Positions 1 through 8,287 of a DNA stretch of 22,216 bases are shown piece by piece. The translations under genes and the position numbers were made by a program. The stretch comes from Fibrobacterales bacterium (GTDB lineage Bacteria > Fibrobacterota > Fibrobacteria > Fibrobacterales > JAOPTW01), in the NCBI GenBank assembly GCA_051532035.1, contig JAOPTW010000068.1:1-22216 (forward strand). Direction: 5' to 3'. The notes below the pieces were generated by a model. It made no database searches and was not told the DNA's origin. It saw only the letters and a program-made list of their open reading frames with translations. The stretch's first letter is position 1; every line of letters starts with the position of its first letter.

Positions 1-38
1 ACGCTGCACCACAAGGAGCTTTGGCACTGATCGGCTAA
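1..38 (+). CDS. 3' end of probable flagellin (partial; enters from outside the window)
   Basis: The frame starting at nt 3 reads AAPQGALALIG-stop (TAA 36-38). The preceding 'ac' is compatible with an Asn codon. This matches the flagellin C-terminal pattern (Q)ANxxPQxxLxLLx, and a strong terminator follows. Only 11 residues are visible. Confidence 0.7.
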   Translation, partial: AAPQGALALIG

Positions 39-55
39 AGTTTCGATTAATACGC

Positions 56-94
56 AAGGCCCTCAATGTGATTTTGAGGGCTTTTTCTTTTTTT
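56..94 (+). terminator. Rho-independent terminator
   Basis: GCCCTCAA (59-66) / TTGAGGGC (74-81) stem, 7-nt loop, followed by TTTTTCTTTTTTT. Confidence 0.9.
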
Positions 95-101
95 ACCCCA
101 A

Positions 102-130
102 AAGACAGAACTCTCAATTTTTATTATATT
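102..130 (+). promoter_or_regulatory. Possible sigma70 promoter for the 160..2100 gene
   Basis: AAGACA (102-107), 17 nt, TATATT (125-130). The -35 matches only 4/6. Confidence 0.35.
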
Positions 131-159
131 TGCCCCGCATTTATAGAGGTGAATTGTCC

Positions 160-2100
160 GTGCATAGTATAGCAGAATTTTTAGAGTCGTCCCCAAAGAA
201 TTTTCTTAATCAAATCCATGGCCGGGTAAAAAGTGGTGGTGGTCTTGTCTCAAATAACAAGATTATAGAAGAAGTTAAAAAGTGGGCACTCTCTGAAGAC
301 CGCATAACTACTATCCTAAAAGAATTAAGCGAAGAGCACAAAAATATTCTTTTCTATATCTATGCATCAGGAGCCAAAGGCATAGAATTTAATCGCCTCC
401 AAAACTCCTTTAAAAAGTTTACCAAAAAAGAGCTTTCAACCATACTCGACTCCCTCACTTGGAACCTTTTGATATTTAAACGGAAAGGGGCACAACCAGT
501 ATTTTTTGGCTTTTCCGACCTCTTTAACGACTGTTTTCATAATCTAGAAAAAAGCCAACTTGTATTTGAAACACCCAATGCAAAGCACTGGATGGAGTAC
601 TCAAGCTTTCTCCCTTTTCACTATTTTGCAACAATTGCATATATCGCTCAAAACAACATTAAGATAACTGCATCAGGAGACATACACAAAAAATATCTCC
701 AATCTCTCCAAAATAGATTTTCCTATTCAAGTATGGTCAGCGAGACTGTTTCAAATGATGAACTCGACCTGATAATTAATTTTGGCTATAGCTCTAAACA
801 TGTGATGGATGGTGAGTTACTCCTCTCTGTCGGCAAAACATTTGATGCCTTTTTGAACCTTTCACCCACACAGCAATTGATCACTATTATCAATTGGTGG
901 GAAGAGCTCCGCTTTAGCAAAAATGTGGCTACCGCAAAAGTACTCTTAGAAACTATCCCCACTGAGGCTGGATCACTCCATAAAGCATGTGAACGCTGGT
1001 GGGTTTTTGATTCTACCAGAAAACGTAACTACTCTGAAGGTAGTGAAGGAATGAGCTGGGAAGACCTCCCAAAAATACTCAGAGAACTCTGGGTATTTGG
1101 TTTGATAGAACTCTCTATGGATGACGGTAAACTCGTGGCTATACGCAGGTCTGCCTTAGGTAACGCATGGATCACAGGTGATATGGAGGGCATTACCACT
1201 GTTCTTGGTCAAGCAGTACCTTTTTGTACTCAAGACTTTGAGATTCTCTACCCGGTACAGGCCTTTGGTAAAAGACAGTTCATTCTCGAACATATAGCAA
1301 CCCCTACTAATGATGATCGACTCCTCAAGTACACTCTCTCGAAAACACGCCTTCTCGAAGGAATGTCGTCATCTATTGACGCACAAGATGTCATAGCGTT
1401 AAAAGATTCTCTCACTTTTCCTGATATTGTTTCAAACAACATGACCGACTGGATTGCAGAATCGACCAATAGTGAAATCTGTCAAGCATACCTCCTCAAG
1501 GTGCACTCGACCTCTAAATTTGAAGAACTTAAAACCTTTCCTGAGTTTTTAGAACACACCATTGAAACCATACCAGGGTATGGCTTTGTATTAAAACATG
1601 GACAAGAAGAGAATGTACGAGAACTTCTCTCTCACTTTGGGCTTACCCCACCAACGAATACTAATGAGCCCAAAAAGTTCATGCAACCACTTAAAGAGAA
1701 TGCGATTTCCCCTACATGGAAACTTGCAGAGCCGGTCTATTACGACATTGACTACTCAATTGCAGAACCGCAAACCAAAAAGAGTGCCACGTTAAAGAAC
1801 AGTACCTATACTGCACCCCCAAAAAACATGGGCTTTGCACAGATCCTCAAAAACATCAAATACGCTGTACTCATGGAAGAACAGGTTGAGGTTGTTTGGC
1901 ATGAGGTCGAGGAATCACGAGCTATTCTTAACTCATCTCCAAAACGCAATGATGATACCCGAAGAGTTTCTATAGTGACCCCTATCTCATTGAATCAAAA
2001 TAAAGACCCAATAACCCTTCATTCTATCCTCGTTGATTCAAATGACGATATGTATATCAACATCAATGAGATTGAACACATCAAAATTCTCGAAGATTAA
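160..2100 (+). CDS. Helicase-associated (XPB/Ssl2 N-terminal, Helicase_C_3-like) domain protein with C-terminal WYL-like domain
   Basis: ORF 130..2100. GTG at 160 has an SD (GAGGTG, 146-151), so it is the likelier start. The segment CTQDFEIL...LEHIA...LKYTLSKTRLLEGM...FPDIVSNNMTDW resembles Helicase_C_3. The C-terminal IKYAVLMEEQVEVVW...IVTPISL...ININEIEHIKIL resembles the WYL fold pattern. No Walker A/B motifs are visible. Confidence 0.6.
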   Translation: MHSIAEFLESSPKNFLNQIHGRVKSGGGLVSNNKIIEEVKKWALSEDRITTILKELSEEHKNILFYIYASGAKGIEFNRLQNSFKKFTKKELSTILDSLTWNLLIFKRKGAQPVFFGFSDLFNDCFHNLEKSQLVFETPNAKHWMEYSSFLPFHYFATIAYIAQNNIKITASGDIHKKYLQSLQNRFSYSSMVSETVSNDELDLIINFGYSSKHVMDGELLLSVGKTFDAFLNLSPTQQLITIINWWEELRFSKNVATAKVLLETIPTEAGSLHKACERWWVFDSTRKRNYSEGSEGMSWEDLPKILRELWVFGLIELSMDDGKLVAIRRSALGNAWITGDMEGITTVLGQAVPFCTQDFEILYPVQAFGKRQFILEHIATPTNDDRLLKYTLSKTRLLEGMSSSIDAQDVIALKDSLTFPDIVSNNMTDWIAESTNSEICQAYLLKVHSTSKFEELKTFPEFLEHTIETIPGYGFVLKHGQEENVRELLSHFGLTPPTNTNEPKKFMQPLKENAISPTWKLAEPVYYDIDYSIAEPQTKKSATLKNSTYTAPPKNMGFAQILKNIKYAVLMEEQVEVVWHEVEESRAILNSSPKRNDDTRRVSIVTPISLNQNKDPITLHSILVDSNDDMYININEIEHIKILED

Positions 2101-2106
2101 ACCTTC

Positions 2107-2144
2107 AAACAACCGGAATGTTCTTTAGATAATTCCGGTTGTTT
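2107..2144. repeat. 13-bp perfect inverted repeat (possible terminator, processing site or operator)
   Basis: AAACAACCGGAAT (2107-2119) / ATTCCGGTTGTTT (2132-2144), 12-nt loop, no long U-tract. Confidence 0.75.
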
Positions 2145-2188
2145 CATAAAATACTATACTTTAGCAACGCGCTCACAATAGGTATTTC

Positions 2189-5100
2189 ATGTCGTTTGTC
2201 CATCTTCAAAACCACTCTGAATATTCAATGCTGCAGTCTTCAATTCGTACTGCAAAATTGGTATCCCAGACTAAAGCCCATGGACAAACATCAGTTGCAC
2301 TCACCGATAATGGCAACATGTTCGGTATCCTTGAATTCTATTTTAACGCCAAAAAAGAGGGCCTCAATCCAATACTTGGTTGTCATCTCTATGTTACCCA
2401 CGAAGACCCCAATAAGCTGAGCACCCACGCAACAGCCGTTATATATGATCGTCTTGTCCTTATAGCTAAAAATGATGCAGGCTATCAAAACCTTCTAAAA
2501 CTTGTGTCTCATGGCCATATTGAAGGATTCAATCAACATCCCCTCGTCCCTATTGCTCTTGTTAAGCAGCATACGGAAGGGCTCTTTGCCTTTACGGGGA
2601 GTAAAGAGACGCTCATAGGCGCCAGCTTACTGCTCGATAAAACTGACCGAGCTCAGCAGTTAATTGACACGTATACCACAGCCTTTGATGGCCACTTTTA
2701 TCTCAATCTACAGAATCATGGACTCGTAGATGAGCTGACCCTCAACAAAAAACTTGCAGCGGTAAGCCAAGAGCAAAATATCCCTTTGGTAGCAAGTAAC
2801 GATACCCACTATACCGTGAAAGAAGATGCTAAAGCTCACCGGGTACTCCGCTGTATTGAGAAGGGGATGATCCTTGATGAATTTGTTGATGATTTCTTCA
2901 CTGTTGAAGAGTATCATGTCAAATCTACCGAAGAGATGGAGCAACTCTTCATTGACTATCCCGAGGCGATTGAAAACACCAGTATTATTGCCGACCAATG
3001 TCACGTAGACATTCGCACCGACCGTGGTGATGAATTCTGGCCCAAATTTGAGTTTCCCGAAGGATTTGACGACTCGGATGATTATCTAGCCCATATTACC
3101 TGGAGCAAGCTCGATTCTAGATACCCCGTTGTAACCCCCGAAGTTAAAGAGCGAATTCAGCTTGAACTCGATATCATGAAAGAAATGAAAGTATCGGGCT
3201 ACATGCTTATTACTCAAGACTTTATTAACTGGGCCCGTGAACATGACATTCCTGTAGGTCCAGGGCGGGGTTCTGCGGTAGGGTCAGCGGTCTGCTACAC
3301 CATTGGTATTACCGACCTTGAACCAATGCAGTTTGACCTACTCTTCGAACGGTTTCTGAACCCAGAACGGGTGTCGATGCCCGATATTGATACTGACTTT
3401 TCGGACAAAGAACGTCAGGATGTTATTAACTACGTTATTAAGAAATACAAAGCCCCCAATGTATCGCAACTCGTAACCTACAGTAAGCTTAAAGCGAAAG
3501 CGGTACTCCACGATGTGGGGCGCGCCCTTAATATCCCTTTTGATGAACGTAAAGAGATATCAGACATGATCCCGCCCCTTGGCTTTGACCTTACCAAGGC
3601 ACTCGAAAAAGGGGATGACAAAGATGACCTGGACGCACTCATCAATAAAAATGATCAGATGCGTCAACTCTGGGCATATGCCCTAAAGCTTGAAGGACTC
3701 ACCCGTCAGACCGGTATTCACGCTGCCGCAGTTATTATTGCGCCAAAGCCTCTTGTCGAACTGGCGCCGCTCTACAAGGCTCCAGGTGAGGACGATGTCG
3801 TCATTCAATACGACAAGACGTATGCTGAGGATGTAGGGTTCCTAAAAATGGACTTTTTGGGCCTGAGGACCCTTTCGGTAATTAAAGAAGCCGTTGCGGC
3901 AATCAAAGAGAATCACAATGTTTTTGTCGATGTAAACCACCTAGACCTCCGAGACCCGACTACCTACACATTATTGGGCAAAGGACTGACCGTTGGAGTA
4001 TTCCAGTTTGAGTCAGAAGGAATGCAAGAGTATCTAAAACGACTCAAACCTACCTGTCTCGAAGATATGATCGCGATGAATGCACTCTATCGTCCAGGGC
4101 CCATTGAGCAGATTCCTCACTTTATTGCCCGTAAGCAAGGCACCGAAGATGTTGACTGCTACCACGAAGATTTTGAATCCATTTTGGGTGAAACCTATGG
4201 GGTAATCGTATATCAGGAACAGGTAATGCGACTTGCTCAAACACTCTGTGGATTTTCTCTGGGTAAAGCGGATATTATGCGCCGTATTATGGCCAAGAAA
4301 AAACCCAAAGAGATGGACAAACTTTACCCCGAGTATATTGAAGGTGCCATATCTAAAGGATATACTAAAGAACTTGCAGAGAACATCTGGGAAGTGCTCC
4401 TCCCCTTCTGTGCCTATGCATTTAACAAATCTCACTCGGCTGCCTATGGATATGTAGCCTTCCAATCAGCCTACCTCAAAGCACACCATGCACCAGAATG
4501 CATGACTGCGATTATGAACTCTGAGATCGACAAAACCGAACGTATTGTTGTATTTATTGAAGAGTGTAAACAACTCGGGGTTAATATCTTACCCCCCGAT
4601 GTAAATCAGTCGATCAGTTACTTTAAAGCCAACCCTGATGGCACTATTCGCTATGGCCTTGGGGGCATTAAGAATGTTGGTATCAGCCTTATCGATGAGT
4701 TGGTTAAAGAGCGAAATGAGAATGGCCCCTTTGAATCACTCTTTGACCTCTGTAAACGGTTCCCTAAAAAATTCAACAAACGCTCTCTTGAGTGTATGAT
4801 AATGGCAGGCGCTCTTGATCACTTCCCTGGTACACGTGCTGAACTCTATGCATCTGTTGATACCGCTCTAGAATATGCGAGCCGTCTACAAAAAGATAAA
4901 GAGATGGGCCAAGTATCACTTTTTGACATGGGTGATGACCCTACTGCAGGTTTCGAAAATTCTGAACCAAAACTTGAATCAGTCGACCCCTGGAGTTACA
5001 TTGAGCTTCTCGAAAAGGAGAAGCAAGTTCTCGGTGTCTATTTTTCTGGCCACCCCCTCGAAGATTATAAAATGGAGCTCGAAGGCTTCACCACCTCCAA

Positions 5101-5701
5101 TCTTGACCCCGATAATCTTGCAGACCTCCCCATCCCTCCGAAACCCGACTGGAAAGACCGTAATAAAAAGACCACTGAACACAATATAACCATTGGGGGG
5201 ATTGTCACCTCATTTCGAGCCATCCCCACGAAAGATAGCCGTGCTTTTGGCATTGTTACCATTCAAGATGTTGTAGGAACATTCGAAGCGGTATTTTGGG
5301 CTGATGAATTTGAAGTAGTAAAAGACTATATCAACCTCGATGCAATGCTTCTCATAGAGGGGCGCCTTGAAAAACGTCGAGATACTGAAGCACTCCAACT
5401 AGTCGGAGAGAGTGTCATACCTATGGAAGACGCCCGGTCACAACTGACACGCTGTATCCATGTTCAAATTTCAACACTCACCATCGATAACGACACTATA
5501 CGCGACTTAGAGATGGTCACTGAAGACTTTGAGTCTACCATGCCCAACGCCTGTGACTTTATTTTACATGTAGAAACCAACTCTCAGAAAATACACACAT
5601 TGATTTCGAAGAAAAATAAAGTAAGTAGTGAGAAAGATTTTATTGATGAACTTGTCGAAATGGTCGGAGAGAAAAATGTTTGGCTCTCTGCCTCAGTTTA
5701 G
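2189..5701 (+). CDS. dnaE: DNA polymerase III alpha subunit
   Basis: 1170 aa with N-terminal PHP fold, GPGRGSAVGS, FERFLNPER, catalytic PDIDTDF and KMDFLGL, GVFQFES, YQEQVM, YAFNKSH, clamp-binding QVSLF and a C-terminal OB fold. Confidence 0.98.
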   Translation: MSFVHLQNHSEYSMLQSSIRTAKLVSQTKAHGQTSVALTDNGNMFGILEFYFNAKKEGLNPILGCHLYVTHEDPNKLSTHATAVIYDRLVLIAKNDAGYQNLLKLVSHGHIEGFNQHPLVPIALVKQHTEGLFAFTGSKETLIGASLLLDKTDRAQQLIDTYTTAFDGHFYLNLQNHGLVDELTLNKKLAAVSQEQNIPLVASNDTHYTVKEDAKAHRVLRCIEKGMILDEFVDDFFTVEEYHVKSTEEMEQLFIDYPEAIENTSIIADQCHVDIRTDRGDEFWPKFEFPEGFDDSDDYLAHITWSKLDSRYPVVTPEVKERIQLELDIMKEMKVSGYMLITQDFINWAREHDIPVGPGRGSAVGSAVCYTIGITDLEPMQFDLLFERFLNPERVSMPDIDTDFSDKERQDVINYVIKKYKAPNVSQLVTYSKLKAKAVLHDVGRALNIPFDERKEISDMIPPLGFDLTKALEKGDDKDDLDALINKNDQMRQLWAYALKLEGLTRQTGIHAAAVIIAPKPLVELAPLYKAPGEDDVVIQYDKTYAEDVGFLKMDFLGLRTLSVIKEAVAAIKENHNVFVDVNHLDLRDPTTYTLLGKGLTVGVFQFESEGMQEYLKRLKPTCLEDMIAMNALYRPGPIEQIPHFIARKQGTEDVDCYHEDFESILGETYGVIVYQEQVMRLAQTLCGFSLGKADIMRRIMAKKKPKEMDKLYPEYIEGAISKGYTKELAENIWEVLLPFCAYAFNKSHSAAYGYVAFQSAYLKAHHAPECMTAIMNSEIDKTERIVVFIEECKQLGVNILPPDVNQSISYFKANPDGTIRYGLGGIKNVGISLIDELVKERNENGPFESLFDLCKRFPKKFNKRSLECMIMAGALDHFPGTRAELYASVDTALEYASRLQKDKEMGQVSLFDMGDDPTAGFENSEPKLESVDPWSYIELLEKEKQVLGVYFSGHPLEDYKMELEGFTTSNLDPDNLADLPIPPKPDWKDRNKKTTEHNITIGGIVTSFRAIPTKDSRAFGIVTIQDVVGTFEAVFWADEFEVVKDYINLDAMLLIEGRLEKRRDTEALQLVGESVIPMEDARSQLTRCIHVQISTLTIDNDTIRDLEMVTEDFESTMPNACDFILHVETNSQKIHTLISKKNKVSSEKDFIDELVEMVGEKNVWLSASV

Positions 5702-5703
5702 TC

Positions 5704-5738
5704 GAGCGGATTCAGATATCCCTGTACCCGCTCTTTCT
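5704..5738 (+). terminator. Weak possible terminator after dnaE
   Basis: GAGCGG (5704-5709) / CCGCTC (5728-5733) with an imperfect inner stem, then TTTCT. Confidence 0.35.
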
Positions 5739-5765
5739 GGCTCATATTTACCCTATTTTATTGAA

Positions 5766-5778
5766 AATCAGCCACTTA
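5766..5778 (+). promoter_or_regulatory. IHF-consensus site
   Basis: AATCAGCCACTTA matches WATCARNNNNTTR exactly and is preceded by an A/T tract (TATTTTATTGAA). Confidence 0.4.
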
Positions 5779-5821
5779 CACATACTGTAGAATGAGCCTC
5801 AAAAAATACCACATATTGTGG
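5776..5821. promoter_or_regulatory. Tandem operator-like direct repeat (NrdR-box-like)
   Basis: CACATACTGT (5779-5788) and CACATATTGT (5810-5819) are 31 nt apart. The second lies within the palindrome CCACA-TAT-TGTGG (5809-5821). Confidence 0.4.
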
Positions 5822-5880
5822 GCTCAATTGCTATCTTAAGAACCTCAGGTAACCCACTTCACCCTACAATTTCAAAAACT

Positions 5881-7716
5881 ATGACCGCAAATACTTTAGA
5901 TGTAACTCAGGGAAAAATAAAAGCACTCAGCGAAGAGTGTATTAATAAAATAGCGGCAGGAGAGGTCATTGAACGCCCCTCCTCTGTAGTCAAAGAGCTT
6001 CTGGAAAACTGCGTTGACGCGGGAGCTACCTCGATTACTATTAAGGTAGAAGAGGGTGGTAAAGCACTTATTAAAATAAGCGATAACGGATCAGGGATAT
6101 CACCTGAAGGTCTCGACATTTGCTTTCAGAGGTACACTACCTCTAAACTATCCAGTGCGGACGACCTACAAATACTCACCACCAATGGATTCCGTGGTGA
6201 AGCACTCTCATCTATAGCCGCAGTATCTCAACTTGAAATCGAGTCAAAGACTGAAGACCATGCTGTTGGCAAAAAAATTGTTATTGAGAGTGGAAACGTT
6301 ATTTCTAAAGAGGAAGTTGCCCTCGACACCGGAACAACCATTACGGTTAAAAACCTCTTCCATAACACCCCCGTTCGAAAAAAGTTTATGGCGGGCGATC
6401 AAACAGAGTTAAATCGTATTGTCGACATTACCACACGCCTTGCTCTGACCCATCCAGACATTCAGTTCACCTTAAATAACGGTCCAAAAACACTATTTCA
6501 CGGCGCCGCAGGCAGTATTGAAAATAGAGTTACTGAGATTCTCGGCGCAACCTTCTCCCGAAAGATGCTCGAGATTGATTGGAATGATGGAACCATTTTT
6601 ATTCGTGGTTTTATTGGTGACTACGAACAGTCTAAAAAAAGAAAGACCAATAGATATTTTTATCTCAACAACCGCCCTGTAAGTAACCACATTTTAGCAT
6701 CTGCACTCGACAAAGCATACGCAACAATCTACCCTGGCAGATACCCTCTTGCAGTTCTCTTTATTGAGATGCCTTGCGACACCTTTGATGTAAACGTGCA
6801 CCCTACTAAAAAAGAGGTTCGCTTTACCTCTGACTCGATGGTTTATAGTTCAATGATTCGTGCCGTAAAAGCAGCACTTCAAGGAAACAGCGCCCTACCA
6901 GAAATTGGGGAGAGTGCTGAAGCGCCTTTTGAGAAGGTCTTTGCATTTCCTGCTTCAGAACCTCAAGATACAACCTCATCGGTTTCCACATCAAAAAAAG
7001 TAACTGCACCACCACAAGAGCCTGAAGCAGTTGTACAAGATCTTTTTTCTCAACCAGAAAATGAGAATATTATTTCTCTTGCTCATTTTCACAAACAGAA
7101 CACTCTGCTTGAAGAGCAAAAATCGCAAGAGATTCAGACTCAAGATCAGTTTCAGAGTTCTTACTTCCAACTCCATGCAACCTTTATTATTGCTGAAACT
7201 AAATCAGGAATGGTTATCATTGACCAAAACCGTGCTCACCAAAGAATACTTTATGAAGAAGCGCGAGGCAGTCTTGAAAACAATCATTCAATGAGTATTC
7301 AGCAGATTCTCTTTCCAGAAATTATTGAATTTACTCTCGAAGAATTCACTCTGGTCGAGGAGTATGTTGAATCATTTAAAACTCTCGCATTTGACCTCGA
7401 ACCATTTGGAAATAACTGCTATCAGTTGAGAGGCATTCCTAACGACATGAGCCTCTCTGATGCAGAATACTCAATTCGCGATATGATTGCACAAATTCGA
7501 CATGAGCCTATTACCGAAATCAATACGACTGATGTTATTGCCAAAGCCTATGCTTCAGGTACTGCAATTAAGCGAGGCGCCCTTCTCAACCATGCTCAGA
7601 TGTCTGCTCTTATGGATTCACTCTTTGCAACAGAAGACCCCTACATCTCCCCATTTAATAAACCCATTATCGTGAATATGCCCTTAAAAGACCTCAACGC
7701 TAAATTTGGACGATAA
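5881..7716 (+). CDS. mutL: DNA mismatch repair protein MutL
   Basis: NKIAAGEVIERP, VKELLENCVDAGAT, DNGSGI, GFRGEALSSI, NLFHNTPVRKKF and DVNVHPTKKEVRF, plus a C-terminal dimerisation domain with clamp motif QQILFP. ATG 5881 is preferred over GTG 5818 because the conserved region begins just after it. Confidence 0.97.
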   Translation: MTANTLDVTQGKIKALSEECINKIAAGEVIERPSSVVKELLENCVDAGATSITIKVEEGGKALIKISDNGSGISPEGLDICFQRYTTSKLSSADDLQILTTNGFRGEALSSIAAVSQLEIESKTEDHAVGKKIVIESGNVISKEEVALDTGTTITVKNLFHNTPVRKKFMAGDQTELNRIVDITTRLALTHPDIQFTLNNGPKTLFHGAAGSIENRVTEILGATFSRKMLEIDWNDGTIFIRGFIGDYEQSKKRKTNRYFYLNNRPVSNHILASALDKAYATIYPGRYPLAVLFIEMPCDTFDVNVHPTKKEVRFTSDSMVYSSMIRAVKAALQGNSALPEIGESAEAPFEKVFAFPASEPQDTTSSVSTSKKVTAPPQEPEAVVQDLFSQPENENIISLAHFHKQNTLLEEQKSQEIQTQDQFQSSYFQLHATFIIAETKSGMVIIDQNRAHQRILYEEARGSLENNHSMSIQQILFPEIIEFTLEEFTLVEEYVESFKTLAFDLEPFGNNCYQLRGIPNDMSLSDAEYSIRDMIAQIRHEPITEINTTDVIAKAYASGTAIKRGALLNHAQMSALMDSLFATEDPYISPFNKPIIVNMPLKDLNAKFGR

Positions 7717-7717
7717 T

Positions 7718-8287
7718 GTGAGATACCTACTCCCTTTTTTATGTGCCTCACTTCTCTTTGCCGCTCCCAACAGAGTACTGCTCCTCAGCATCAATACAGA
7801 GAATGATCCAGAACTGGGTTCTCATCTTTTAACAACAGTCACTACAACCCTTTCAAACAATCAATCTATTTCCCTTATTTCACCATTAGAAGTTAATCTC
7901 TTTGCCTCGATAGAAAATTTAGAGCCCGGTAAAGACTTGTCAAAAATTGTCGCACACTTTAATGCCAAACAACCCGTTGATGCAGCGATCACCATAACCC
8001 TTGCGCCACTCTCGGTAAATAAGCAACGTCAATTTCTATGGGTAACTGGGGAACAGCACTATTTTCAATCTGCAGAACTCCTAGTAACAACAGCTTCTGA
8101 CAGCACACTCTTTAGTGGTACTCTTACAGAAGAGACAACTATTGCAACGGGGTACTGTGGTATATTCACCTGTACCCAACCGAACCTCTCTGCGGTTGAA
8201 CATGTGAGAACTCACAAAAATATTCTCCAAAAACTTGGTCAATCTCTTACTAAAACTATTGATCGACTCATATTTGAAACACCCTAA
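7718..8287 (+). CDS. Hypothetical exported protein
   Basis: ORF 7706..8287. GTG 7718, 1 nt after the mutL stop, gives a signal-peptide-like start (MRYLLPFLCASLLFA-A). Its TAA overlaps the next ATG (TAATG). Confidence 0.7.
   Translation: MRYLLPFLCASLLFAAPNRVLLLSINTENDPELGSHLLTTVTTTLSNNQSISLISPLEVNLFASIENLEPGKDLSKIVAHFNAKQPVDAAITITLAPLSVNKQRQFLWVTGEQHYFQSAELLVTTASDSTLFSGTLTEETTIATGYCGIFTCTQPNLSAVEHVRTHKNILQKLGQSLTKTIDRLIFETP

Noticed and set aside
5816..5832. Possible sigma54 promoter near the IHF site (...GTGGGCTCAATTGCT)
   Set aside because: The required GG-N10-GC spacing is not met; GT occupies the -24 position.
5702..5880. Possible replication origin next to dnaE
   Set aside because: No clear DnaA boxes (TTWTNCACA) and the region is short.
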